A DNA stretch of 35,513 bases from an uncultured Pseudomonadota bacterium (GTDB lineage Bacteria > Pseudomonadota > Alphaproteobacteria > RF32 > CAG-239), in contig CADBMG010000057.1 of the NCBI GenBank assembly GCA_902795745.1, positions 1 through 35,513 on the forward strand, read 5' to 3'. Of the stretch, positions 1 to 8,170 are shown in pieces. The notes under the pieces were generated by a model. The model did no database searches. It saw only the letters and a list, made by a program, of their open reading frames with translations, and was not told where the DNA came from. Made by a program: the position numbers and the translations under genes. Position 1 is the first letter of the stretch. Every line of letters starts with the position of its first letter.

Positions 1-1
1 A

Positions 2-1135
2 ATCACAGACGATGTAATTTTTCACAATGTTTATTGCGACAGGGATATTGCCAAACAAAGAGTTTTGCAACGTTCTGCTAAAAACAAAGATGAATTATAC
101 ATTGGCGAAGATGAATTCAATACACTTTGCAAACAATATGAAGCCTGGTCAAACAATGATAAATATCCGGTCATTTTTCATTATAGTAAAAATGAAGATA
201 TTTATACCTCTCCCTTTAATCATAATATTACCAAAATGCACTTCGGCATATATGCAAGCATTATCAAAAACGGAAGTATTCTCCTCATCAAAAAAGCGCG
301 AGGACCATATACCGGACTTTACGATTTGCCGGGAGGAAGCCCAGAACAAGGAGAAAGCTATTCAGACACTTTAAAACGTGAAATTATGGAAGAAACGGGG
401 TGTACCGTTATCAATGCAAAAAATGAGCGTTTTAAATCAATCATTTTTTCTGATTTTACTAAAGAAAGCGGAGAAAAAGGAATATTGCAACACAATGCTG
501 TTTTATATGATGTTGAAATTGAAGGAAACCCAAAAATCACCGGAGATGGTCTTGATTCAAACGGTGCTGTTGGGGTTGACATGAAAAGCTTAAATGCAAA
601 TAATGCAACACCATACGCTTTAATGGCGGCCGGACTTCCTTTAATAAATGTGGCAAATGAAAATGATGAAATTATCGCCACTCACTTGCGGGGAAAAACC
701 TTGAAACAAAATCGCTATCCGATGATTGCAGCAGTTTTATTGTTTAATTCACGCGGTAATTTGATTATGCAAAAGATTGCCGCACATAAAAAGTGGGGCG
801 GATTGTGGACTTATTCGGCGGCCGGACATGTTGATGCAGGAGAAGATTATATAACTGCTTCTCAACGTGAATTAAAAGAAGAAATGGGTATAAATGCCGA
901 AATTGAAAGAGAAATCTCATCTTTTCCGATAATCAGAGAGGGAAGAAAATTTGCTTACCATCATGTTTTTGTCGCTCATTCTGATGATAAAATAACACCT
1001 GATAAATGCGAAGTTGCCGAAATTAGAGAAATTTCTCTATCTGATTTGAAACATGAGATTGCGCAAAATCCCGAGCAATTTTTTGATGGATTTTTGGTGG
1101 CAGTTCAATATTATTTTGAAAAATTCAGCTTGTAA
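2..1135 (+). CDS. Tandem two-domain Nudix hydrolase; 5' end uncertain and possibly cut by the window edge
   Basis: Two complete Nudix boxes (GX5EX7REUXEEXGU): GSPEQGESYSDTLKREIMEETGC and GHVDAGEDYITASQRELKEEMGI. The ORF track starts at TTG 65. The frame is stop-free back to nt 2 and has no early in-frame ATG. Confidence 0.75.
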   Translation: MTDDVIFHNVYCDRDIAKQRVLQRSAKNKDELYIGEDEFNTLCKQYEAWSNNDKYPVIFHYSKNEDIYTSPFNHNITKMHFGIYASIIKNGSILLIKKARGPYTGLYDLPGGSPEQGESYSDTLKREIMEETGCTVINAKNERFKSIIFSDFTKESGEKGILQHNAVLYDVEIEGNPKITGDGLDSNGAVGVDMKSLNANNATPYALMAAGLPLINVANENDEIIATHLRGKTLKQNRYPMIAAVLLFNSRGNLIMQKIAAHKKWGGLWTYSAAGHVDAGEDYITASQRELKEEMGINAEIEREISSFPIIREGRKFAYHHVFVAHSDDKITPDKCEVAEIREISLSDLKHEIAQNPEQFFDGFLVAVQYYFEKFSL

Positions 1136-1281
1136 TCCGCTTACATGGCATCATCAATATAAACATCAAGCGGCAATTTGCCTGCTTTTTCTTTTAAATA
1201 GCAAAGTCATGCCTCGTTTTCCGAGAGAAAAACGTCAAGGCATCTTCAAATTAATAAAATATAGCGCTACGCAAAGATAAG

Positions 1282-1358
1282 ATTCCTTGACGCACGGACA
1301 CGCCGTGCCGTGCGAGGAATGACACAAAAAATGATGCCTGCAAACCGCGAGGAATGAC
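1282..1358. repeat. GC-rich 13-bp interrupted hairpin plus a 12-nt direct repeat GCGAGGAATGAC (1312-1323 and 1347-1358) in a long non-coding gap
   Basis: ATTCCT(1282-1287)/AGGAAT(1315-1320) and CGCACGG(1291-1297)/CCGTGCG(1308-1314) pair. The 12-mer recurs 35 nt downstream. Read directly from the sequence. Confidence 0.4.
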
Positions 1359-1414
1359 GATAAAACAAAGGGAAATTTTACGAACCGACTGCGGCAAGTA
1401 TGTGGTAAAATCAA

Positions 1415-1486
1415 TCAGTTAAGCAGTAATCCGCCGAGTTTTTCATCAATAAATTTAAATCCGGTAAATTTTTTATTTTCAGACAT
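1415..1486 (-). CDS. Candidate 23-aa micro-ORF (MSENKKFTGFKFIDEKLGGLLLN)
   Basis: The ATG is preceded by GAGG with 7-nt spacing (GAGGAAATAGC-ATG). It is below the ORF-track cutoff and has no other support. Confidence 0.25.
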   Translation of the reverse strand: MSENKKFTGFKFIDEKLGGLLLN

Positions 1487-1715
1487 GCTATTTCCTCGCT
1501 TCATTTATAGTTAAGTATAAATTATCAAATTTACATTGTCTACTTTTTGGGCTTAGTTCTTAAATGAATTTTCGGCTCATCAGCAGAGGCTCTGTATTAC
1601 CAGTACAAGGAACGGGCATATGTTTGCGTTGATAACAGATTTTTTTGCATCATAGAATAATTGCACAAAAAAATATCAATATAATTAATTGATTTTTCTT
1701 GATTTTTTAATTTTA

Positions 1716-1741
1716 AATAAATATACATACCTGAATGTATA
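1716..1741 (+). promoter_or_regulatory. Operator-like element AATAAATATACATACCTGAATGTATA (inverted repeat TATACAT-N6-ATGTATA), copy A
   Basis: It is the exact reverse complement of 35021-35046. It sits just upstream of a TTGCAA -35-like hexamer (1751-1756) for the 1813 gene. The TATTGCA at 1749-1755 is also shared with the other copy at the same 7-nt distance. Confidence 0.6.
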
Positions 1742-1750
1742 TTTATTTTA

Positions 1751-1779
1751 TTGCAAAATATCTTTATCTATATTATGTT
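1751..1779 (+). promoter_or_regulatory. Candidate sigma70 promoter of the His-rich protein gene (TTGCAA-17 nt-TATGTT)
   Basis: Hexamers and spacing read from the sequence. The -10 is weak. Confidence 0.3.
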
Positions 1780-1812
1780 GATTTTAGAAACAAACTTAAA
1801 AGGAGAACAAAA

Positions 1813-2157
1813 ATGAAAAAAATTCTTTGTATGGTTTTGATGTTTTCGATGTGGGCAAGCACTGCCGGTGCAGAAACGATAATGATATTAGACAGTGCCG
1901 GACGTATGCAACAGCAAATTTATGCTTACCCAGCATCACAACAAGTAGTGGTGCAACAGCCGCAAGTGGTTGTGTCTCAGCCATATCAACCGCAGCAGGT
2001 TGTAGTGGTACGGCAAACACCGCAACCACGTAATTATTACTATGATTCTACGGCAACATCCTTTTTTGCCGGCTTAACCGGAGCTGTTATCGGGGCGGCA
2101 ATTTTCCACCCGCGTCATCACGGTCATCATGGTCATCACGGTCATCACCGCAGATAA
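1813..2157 (+). CDS. Small secreted protein (114 aa) with a Q/V/P-rich repeat core, a glycine-zipper-like hydrophobic segment and a C-terminal HHG repeat tail
   Basis: AAGGAG lies 8 nt upstream of ATG 1813, and the track ORF from 1735 is an upstream extension. Signal-peptide-like MKKILCMVLMFSMWASTAGA. QQVVVQQPQVVVSQPYQPQQVVVV repeats. FFAGLTGAVIGAAIF. HPRHHGHHGHHGHHRR terminus. Confidence 0.7.
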   Translation: MKKILCMVLMFSMWASTAGAETIMILDSAGRMQQQIYAYPASQQVVVQQPQVVVSQPYQPQQVVVVRQTPQPRNYYYDSTATSFFAGLTGAVIGAAIFHPRHHGHHGHHGHHRR

Positions 2158-2185
2158 AAATTAACGTATTGCAACAATATAAACT

Positions 2186-2220
2186 CCCTTGCAATGGTAC
2201 TGTTTTGCAAGGGATTTTTA
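2186..2220. terminator. Intrinsic terminator between convergent genes
   Basis: CCCTTGCAA(2186-2194)/TTGCAAGGG(2205-2213) form a 9-bp stem, followed by ATTTTTA. It abuts the stop of the minus-strand gene at 2218. Confidence 0.7.
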
Positions 2221-2754
2221 CATAACAATCGCCAAACAGAAAATCAATCCACCATAAAAAAATAATCCCAAAGGAGAACTGAGTGCAACCTTAAAATCGG
2301 TTGATGACGGAATAGCATTTTCAATAATCAATGTTTCAATCAGTACAAAAGCCAAATACCGCCATATAGTCGTAATCAAAAAGTATTTATCAAACCAAAA
2401 TGCTAATGGCAAAAGCAATAGGGGAGCCATTGCCGAAGGAAAAGCATTGTAGAACTTTATATTGCGAAAACCAACGCTGCCCATAACATAAGCATCATCG
2501 CGTTTTTTGGGGAACAAGTTAAAAGATGCCGGTTGTGCATTCAAAATAAATCCTACAAGAAAATGTGCCGTTTCATGCAGGACCGTTCCGGGAATGTTTA
2601 CCAGTGATGACATAAAAAGTCCTTGAAATGTATGACGCTTAACAAATGATAGGGATATAACCAAAAGTATAAGATAAAAACGGTTATGCAAAACAATGTT
2701 TAAGAACTCTTCCGAGTTCAAAAAGAGCCAAAAATTATTCATATATTCGCTCAT
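2218..2754 (-). CDS. Polytopic membrane protein with an HExxH motif (putative membrane zincin-type peptidase)
   Basis: LHETAHFLVG lies beside hydrophobic helices, and there are several predicted TM segments. The start overlaps the stop of the upstream TetR gene (ATGA). Confidence 0.5.
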   Translation of the reverse strand: MSEYMNNFWLFLNSEEFLNIVLHNRFYLILLVISLSFVKRHTFQGLFMSSLVNIPGTVLHETAHFLVGFILNAQPASFNLFPKKRDDAYVMGSVGFRNIKFYNAFPSAMAPLLLLPLAFWFDKYFLITTIWRYLAFVLIETLIIENAIPSSTDFKVALSSPLGLFFYGGLIFCLAIVM

Positions 2755-3347
2755 TCTTTGCTCTCAATGACCGTTAATCCGGCAATATATGTGTTGAGCA
2801 ATATTTGGCACAATGTTTTGCGGTTGATTTTAGAAAAAGAGTCTAACATTTCTTTGGTTAAAAACGAACTTAAACCGAACAACGTCAGCCACAAAACCTG
2901 CGAAGAAAGAATCCTTTCAGGACGTTCCATCTTCGGTACAATCTGCTGCATTAAAGCATTTAATCTGCTGGTAATTGCAGCTACTTTGCGTAAATACAAA
3001 AATGAATAGTTATGGGTTTCTTTGCGCAGATGAAAGTGATACAGCAAATACCACAAGTTTTTATTTTTCAGCACAAAATCAACAAAAACATCCAATAAAT
3101 TGTTCAAATCGAAATACGGATTTTGGGTTTGGGGAACCGTTGCCAGTTTCCTTCCCAAAGCATCCAACGTCATATAATTTTCGACCACTATGAAATTTTC
3201 CATATTGGCAAACTGATTATAAATCGCACCTACGGAACATCCCGAAGCCTCGGAAAGTTTGCGTACAGTCAGGGCTTCAGTTCCTTTTTCCTGTACAATT
3301 TTGCGGCCGATATTCAGTAGCATATTTTGAATATTGTCTTTTTCCAT
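2751..3347 (-). CDS. TetR/AcrR family transcriptional regulator
   Basis: N-terminal HTH: TVRKLSEASGCSVGAIYNQFANMENF. Length 198 aa. Confidence 0.85.
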   Translation of the reverse strand: MEKDNIQNMLLNIGRKIVQEKGTEALTVRKLSEASGCSVGAIYNQFANMENFIVVENYMTLDALGRKLATVPQTQNPYFDLNNLLDVFVDFVLKNKNLWYLLYHFHLRKETHNYSFLYLRKVAAITSRLNALMQQIVPKMERPERILSSQVLWLTLFGLSSFLTKEMLDSFSKINRKTLCQILLNTYIAGLTVIESKE

Positions 3348-3446
3348 TTTTTTTCGCCGATTAACAAAATATTTGTATTTGTCGTTTAATATAAATCATA
3401 ATATTAATCTGTTCAAATCATTTTTGCGGTTATGAAAGGAAAATTG

Positions 3447-4343
3447 ATGAAAACGTTCTCTAAAACATATCCTTTTTTATTTTTTTTACTGCTTATGCCA
3501 TTAACAACAGCCGCGGAAGAATCCGTTATTGAAGAATATATTGCTGATGTGGAGGCGGCGGGAAATGCCCAAACTTCGGCACGGAATTTGTTACAGCATC
3601 GACCGCAAAGATTGCATATTCGTCAGCCGGTAGAAAAAACTATGCAAAAGGCGGCAGAACGTGTTTTTAACAAAAGTAAAGATGATGAATTTGCCCCATC
3701 TGTGGAAAATGATAATTTTGAAGAAACTTCAGAGCTTAATGACGTAATTTCTTATGATTCGGCACCATTCAATCTGCTTTGGGGAACTTCTGTTGAATAT
3801 ATGCGCAGACAGGGATGGAAAATGCAAAAAGTTGAGCGTGAGGGATATCAAAATGTTTATGAGATGAGCCATGCCAAATATCCCAACACTCAGTTTACGC
3901 ATGTTGCTGCCGCTTTCGGGCAAAATAATCGACTGTGGTGTATTTTTGCCGAGGGGCAAGCTCTTGACGATGATGCTTCCGCCTCGAAAGTATTAGAATT
4001 ATACGGCAAGTATTATGATGCGCTGAGCGAAAAGTACGGCAATGCTGAGCTGCATTTTGAACCGGCAACGTATGTTAATGAAAATGTAGTTATGCAAAAA
4101 GGGCGTCGGGTTGTTCAACAAGAAACCACGCAAACACCGGTTGGCAATGAACATTTTTTGCAAGAACTTTATGAGGGGAGAGCCAAAATGATTTCTACGT
4201 TTTATAATGATGTGATCGGTGTAACTCTCGGCGTATATGTTGATGATAATGCAAAAAGTCACTTATTGTTGGATTATAAAAATTTGCTCCTTTTAGATAA
4301 AGAAGCACCTATAACAAAGAAAAAGGTTATGGAGGGACTATAA
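3447..4343 (+). CDS. Secreted protein of unknown function (about 298 aa)
   Basis: AAGGA lies 6 nt upstream of ATG 3447, and the track ATG 3432 lacks an SD. Signal-peptide-like MKTFSKTYPFLFFLLLMPLTTAAEES. No motif recognised. Confidence 0.6.
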   Translation: MKTFSKTYPFLFFLLLMPLTTAAEESVIEEYIADVEAAGNAQTSARNLLQHRPQRLHIRQPVEKTMQKAAERVFNKSKDDEFAPSVENDNFEETSELNDVISYDSAPFNLLWGTSVEYMRRQGWKMQKVEREGYQNVYEMSHAKYPNTQFTHVAAAFGQNNRLWCIFAEGQALDDDASASKVLELYGKYYDALSEKYGNAELHFEPATYVNENVVMQKGRRVVQQETTQTPVGNEHFLQELYEGRAKMISTFYNDVIGVTLGVYVDDNAKSHLLLDYKNLLLLDKEAPITKKKVMEGL

Positions 4344-5704
4344 TGAAAAAAGTTAGTTTTTGTGGCATTTCCGGTAGCGGAATGAGCTCTTTGGCTCAGA
4401 TTTTAGCTTTGTCGGGAGTTAAAGTACAAGGTTCGGATCGCAATTTTGATTTGGGACGCGATTTGCAAAATAAAGAGGCTCTTGAAAAGATGGGTATAAG
4501 CATTGTGCCGCAAGATGGTTCCGGCATCAGCGAAGACTTGGATTTTGTTTGCGTTTCGACAGCAGTGGAAGATACAATTGCCGATGTTAGAGTAGCCAAA
4601 GAAAAAAATATTCCGCTGAAAACCAGACCGGAGTTGCTGAGTGAAATTTTTCACAATTACTCCATCGGAGTTGCTGTCGGTGGTACCAGCGGCAAAACCA
4701 CAACTACGGCCATGATTGGCTATATTTTGGATAAAGCCGGCAAAAAACCGTGTATGATTAATGGTGGTTTGCTTCGTGATTATGAGAAAACGACGGCAAT
4801 TCCCAATATTATTTTCAACAAAGGAGACATTTGTGTGGTAGAAGCTGATGAAAGTAACGGCAGTATTGATTTGTATAAACCGACAATTTCCGTCATTACC
4901 AACATTTCTGCCGACCACAAATCTCTTGATGAATTGGTTACTTTGTTCCAAGCTTTTGCTGACCGTACTAAAAAATCTGTTGTGATAAATGATGACTATG
5001 AATTATGTCGGCAAATAAAATCGGCTAATTTGCTTTCTTTTTCTTTAAAAAATCCAAATGCAGATTTCTATGCTTCCGACATTAAACCTTTGCCGAACGG
5101 TACAGAATATAAGTTAGAGGGCAAACGTTTTACCTTAAAACTAATCGGCGCATTCAATGTGGCGAATGCTTTAGCGGCGATTGCCGTTTGTTCGCAGCTT
5201 GGTATTGATAAGTTCGTAGCTGCCAAATTGTTGCAGGATTTTAGCGGTACCAAACGCCGTTTGGAGGTCATCGGAAATAAAAATAGCATAACCGTAATTG
5301 ATGATTTTGCCCACAATCCTGATAAAGTCAAAGCTTCTGTTTCGGCATTGCGCCAATATCCCGGTCGATTGATTGTCATGTTTCAACCGCATGGGTTTGG
5401 TCCGATGCGCTCGTTGGGAAAAGAAATTATTGCTGAGTTTGTCAAGGGTTTGCAAGGCAAAGATTTATTTGTAATGCCTGAAATTTTCTTTGTCGGAGGT
5501 ACTGTTACCCGCAATATCTCTTCTGCCGATTTGATTGCCCATGCCAAAATTATGGGTAAGGCAAATGCGTACTACTATCCAACTAAAGAAGAGGCAGAAG
5601 CATTTATCTTACGCAATGCCCGCGCCGGAGACAGAATCGTGATTATGGGAGCTCGTGATAATTCGTTGACTGATTTGTGTTATGATATTTTGCAAAAATT
5701 ATGA
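4343..5704 (+). CDS. Mur ligase family protein, MurC-like (UDP-N-acetylmuramate--L-alanine ligase or Mpl-type paralogue)
   Basis: GISGSGMSSLA...GSD N-terminal fold. P-loop GGTSGKTTTTAM. EADESNGS, TNISADH, FSGTKRRLE, DDFAHNP and FQPHGF all align with MurC landmarks. The start overlaps the upstream stop (TAATG). Confidence 0.8.
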   Translation: MKKVSFCGISGSGMSSLAQILALSGVKVQGSDRNFDLGRDLQNKEALEKMGISIVPQDGSGISEDLDFVCVSTAVEDTIADVRVAKEKNIPLKTRPELLSEIFHNYSIGVAVGGTSGKTTTTAMIGYILDKAGKKPCMINGGLLRDYEKTTAIPNIIFNKGDICVVEADESNGSIDLYKPTISVITNISADHKSLDELVTLFQAFADRTKKSVVINDDYELCRQIKSANLLSFSLKNPNADFYASDIKPLPNGTEYKLEGKRFTLKLIGAFNVANALAAIAVCSQLGIDKFVAAKLLQDFSGTKRRLEVIGNKNSITVIDDFAHNPDKVKASVSALRQYPGRLIVMFQPHGFGPMRSLGKEIIAEFVKGLQGKDLFVMPEIFFVGGTVTRNISSADLIAHAKIMGKANAYYYPTKEEAEAFILRNARAGDRIVIMGARDNSLTDLCYDILQKL

Positions 5705-5771
5705 TGCGATTCAGAAAAAATTAACGGCTTATAGTATATAAGCAAAACAACGTAAGTACGAAAAAAGGATT

Positions 5772-6086
5772 ATGAAAATGAAAAAAATGCTAATTTTAAC
5801 AGCTTTGTTGGTTATGGTTGGATGCGCTGATTTGGCATCAAACCTTCCGTTCGGTTCAAATTCAAACAGCTCGGTTCGCGGCAGAATGCAAACTTGTATG
5901 CTGAATGAAGCTCAAAGTCGCTTGCAAGCAGGAACATTGTTTAATAATACCATAACAGCAACAGCACAAGATTTGGCATCAACTTGTACCAAAAGATTAG
6001 CACTGGAATCAATGGGTATCAGTCAGCAATCACAATCGGATGCCGTAAATATCATCAACAATTTGCGTAATTTGAGCAATAATTAA
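5772..6086 (+). CDS. Small lipoprotein (about 104 aa)
   Basis: MKMKKMLILTALLVMVGC is a lipobox-like signal. The alternative start ATG 5778 has better SD spacing. Confidence 0.6.
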   Translation: MKMKKMLILTALLVMVGCADLASNLPFGSNSNSSVRGRMQTCMLNEAQSRLQAGTLFNNTITATAQDLASTCTKRLALESMGISQQSQSDAVNIINNLRNLSNN

Positions 6087-6107
6087 ACAGTGCTAAACAA
6101 CTTAACA

Positions 6108-6146
6108 AAGAGCCATCGGATTAGCTCCTTTGGCTCTTGTAGTTTA
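6108..6146 (+). terminator. Possible intrinsic terminator
   Basis: AAGAGCCA/TGGCTCTT stem with an inner GGA/TCC pairing. The T-tract is weak. Confidence 0.35.
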
Positions 6147-6355
6147 AAATACTAATTTTTCTTTCTTAATAATTCAATTTTTCACCGATTTATTTAATAT
6201 ATATGCCAAATCAACCTATTGAGGAGTTTATTGATATAAAGAGTTGTAACATTCCGCCGCCGGTTTACCCATTAAAGTTTAACATTATATAAAACAACGA
6301 AAAAACAAGTGGATTTTTGCAAAAATATATCTTAAATTGAATGCCAGAGGTTAAA

Positions 6356-8095
6356 ATGTCTTACGATTTGATGTTTCAAAAAGCAGTTGAATTGCAACAA
6401 AACGGAGCCTTAAATGAAGCTGAAAAAATATATCGGCAGATTTTGGAGGTTTCACCGCAAAATGTAAATGTGTGGAATATGCTGGGTTTGATTGCACAAA
6501 CAAAAGGTTTGCACGATGGAGCCATTGACTGCTTTTATCAGGCAATTAAAGGTGCGCCGAATCACTTTCCGCTTTATTTTAACTTGGCAGTTTCTTATAG
6601 TGCGCTGGGTAAATATGCTGAAGCAATTGAGGCTTATAAAAAGGTTTTGCTGCTGCAACCTGACTTGGTCGAAGCTCACTATGGTTTAGGAAAAATCTAT
6701 TGGCAAACAGGTGAAAATGATAAGGCAATTGATGAGTTTAGTATGGCAAAACAATATTTGCCGGCGCAAATTGATTTAGCTGAATTGCGAGAAGATATAG
6801 AATCCTTGCAAAAATACGCTTTATCTGAAAATCCGACAGCACTGTTCTATTTGGGACGCAGATCTTTTGATAAAGGAAATTATGAAACAGCGGAAAATTA
6901 TTTAACAAAAGCGGATATACTGGCAGAATCCGCTGAAATTAAGGAACTGTTAGCTCAAACCAAAGATAAATTAGGTAAAAAAGGTGAGGCGTTAAAAATA
7001 TATTATCAGGCATTAACTTTGGATAATAATGATGCCGTTTTAACCAGAATTGCAGATTTAGAGGCAGACAATGATAACAAAAAAACGGCGGAAAAACTTT
7101 ATAAAAAGGCCTTAGAACATAATCCGCAAAATCTGGCGGCTCATACTAATTTGGCAAACTTATTATTTCGACAAAATCGTGTGGCAGAGGCGTTGGAGGA
7201 ATATCGCCAAGCGATTATTATTGCACCGGAAAAGCCGGAACTAACCTATAACTTGGGTGTTGTTTTAAAATCAACCGGCGATTATGAGCAGGCATTGACT
7301 TTGATGTTTCAGGCTTATTATGATTCTCCCGAATATGATGATTGGGCGTTGGGCATTGCCGAGACTTTGACTTTATTGGCAGAAAAAGAATCTCAAAAAG
7401 CACAGGTTATTTCTAAAAATTGGCTTGATAAAATGCCTCAAAACACGGTGGCTCGGCATATTAACGCGGTTTTAAATAACAGGTTAAGCGATTGTGAAAA
7501 AGAATATAATCGATTGTTGTTTGATTATTTTGCTGCCGATTATGAAAAAACACTTAGCAACATTAAATATTCTGCAGTTAATAAAATTGCTGATTTAGAT
7601 GCAGATTTCCGTGGTAAAATATTGGATTTAGGTTGCGGTAGCGGGTTGGTCGGTCAACGACTGAAATCGCCACAGAATTCTTTTACAGGTGTAGATATTT
7701 CTGCTCGGATGATAGCATTAGCACGGCAAAAAAATGTTTATGAGGAATTTTATGAAGGTGATATAGTTGAATATTTATCACGGCATAAAAATAATTTATC
7801 GCCGATAATTATCGCCGCTGACGTATTTTGTTATTTTGCGGATTTATGTTCGATTTTTGAACTTTGCTATCCGTCAAAACTTATTTTTTCAGTTGAGAGC
7901 GATACAAAGACAAAAGATTATAAAATTTATGCAACAGGTCGAGTAAAGCATAATCCGCGATGGATTAAAGAAAAATTGAAAAAGGTCGGATATAAAAATA
8001 TTTATACCGAAAATCTGGTTTTGCGCCAAGAAAACGGTGTAGATGTAGACGGGGTTTTATTTGTTGCCGACGTTCAAGTACCTAAAAATTCATAA
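6356..8095 (+). CDS. TPR-repeat protein fused to a C-terminal class I SAM-dependent methyltransferase
   Basis: Multiple TPR-like repeats (AEKIYRQILEVSPQN, AIEAYKKVLLLQPD, AEKLYKKALEHNPQN and others). SAM motif I is ILDLGCGSGLVG. AGAGG lies 5 nt upstream of ATG 6356 (the track start is 6341). Confidence 0.8.
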   Translation: MSYDLMFQKAVELQQNGALNEAEKIYRQILEVSPQNVNVWNMLGLIAQTKGLHDGAIDCFYQAIKGAPNHFPLYFNLAVSYSALGKYAEAIEAYKKVLLLQPDLVEAHYGLGKIYWQTGENDKAIDEFSMAKQYLPAQIDLAELREDIESLQKYALSENPTALFYLGRRSFDKGNYETAENYLTKADILAESAEIKELLAQTKDKLGKKGEALKIYYQALTLDNNDAVLTRIADLEADNDNKKTAEKLYKKALEHNPQNLAAHTNLANLLFRQNRVAEALEEYRQAIIIAPEKPELTYNLGVVLKSTGDYEQALTLMFQAYYDSPEYDDWALGIAETLTLLAEKESQKAQVISKNWLDKMPQNTVARHINAVLNNRLSDCEKEYNRLLFDYFAADYEKTLSNIKYSAVNKIADLDADFRGKILDLGCGSGLVGQRLKSPQNSFTGVDISARMIALARQKNVYEEFYEGDIVEYLSRHKNNLSPIIIAADVFCYFADLCSIFELCYPSKLIFSVESDTKTKDYKIYATGRVKHNPRWIKEKLKKVGYKNIYTENLVLRQENGVDVDGVLFVADVQVPKNS

Positions 8096-8109
8096 TCGGA
8101 AAAAAATAC

Positions 8110-8137
8110 TTGCTTTTAAATACAAAATGATTAAAGT
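8110..8137 (+). promoter_or_regulatory. Candidate promoter of the ferredoxin gene (TTGCTT-16 nt-TAAAGT)
   Basis: Hexamers read from the sequence. The upstream context AAAAAAATACTTG resembles the island promoter at 12426. Confidence 0.3.
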
Positions 8138-8170
8138 GTGAGTCAGTTCAATTTTATTAGGAGATAAAAC

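Noticed and set aside
27-374. A 115-aa plus-strand ORF, and several 60-110-aa ORFs on both strands, overlapping the Nudix gene
   Set aside because: They lie out of frame with a motif-supported CDS and have an AT-rich, low-complexity composition.
1053-1280. A 75-aa ORF running from the Nudix 3' end into the intergenic hairpins
   Set aside because: It overlaps the Nudix CDS, reads through hairpin structures and has no SD.
1570-1583. CUGAUGAGCCGAAA on the minus strand, resembling a hammerhead ribozyme core
   Set aside because: No stem II can form between CUGAUGA and GAAA, and no flanking stem I/III or cleavage-site context is evident. It is probably a chance match.
4403-4951. A 182-aa ORF antisense to the Mur ligase gene
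   Set aside because: The sense strand carries every Mur ligase motif, and the antisense product has an implausible composition.
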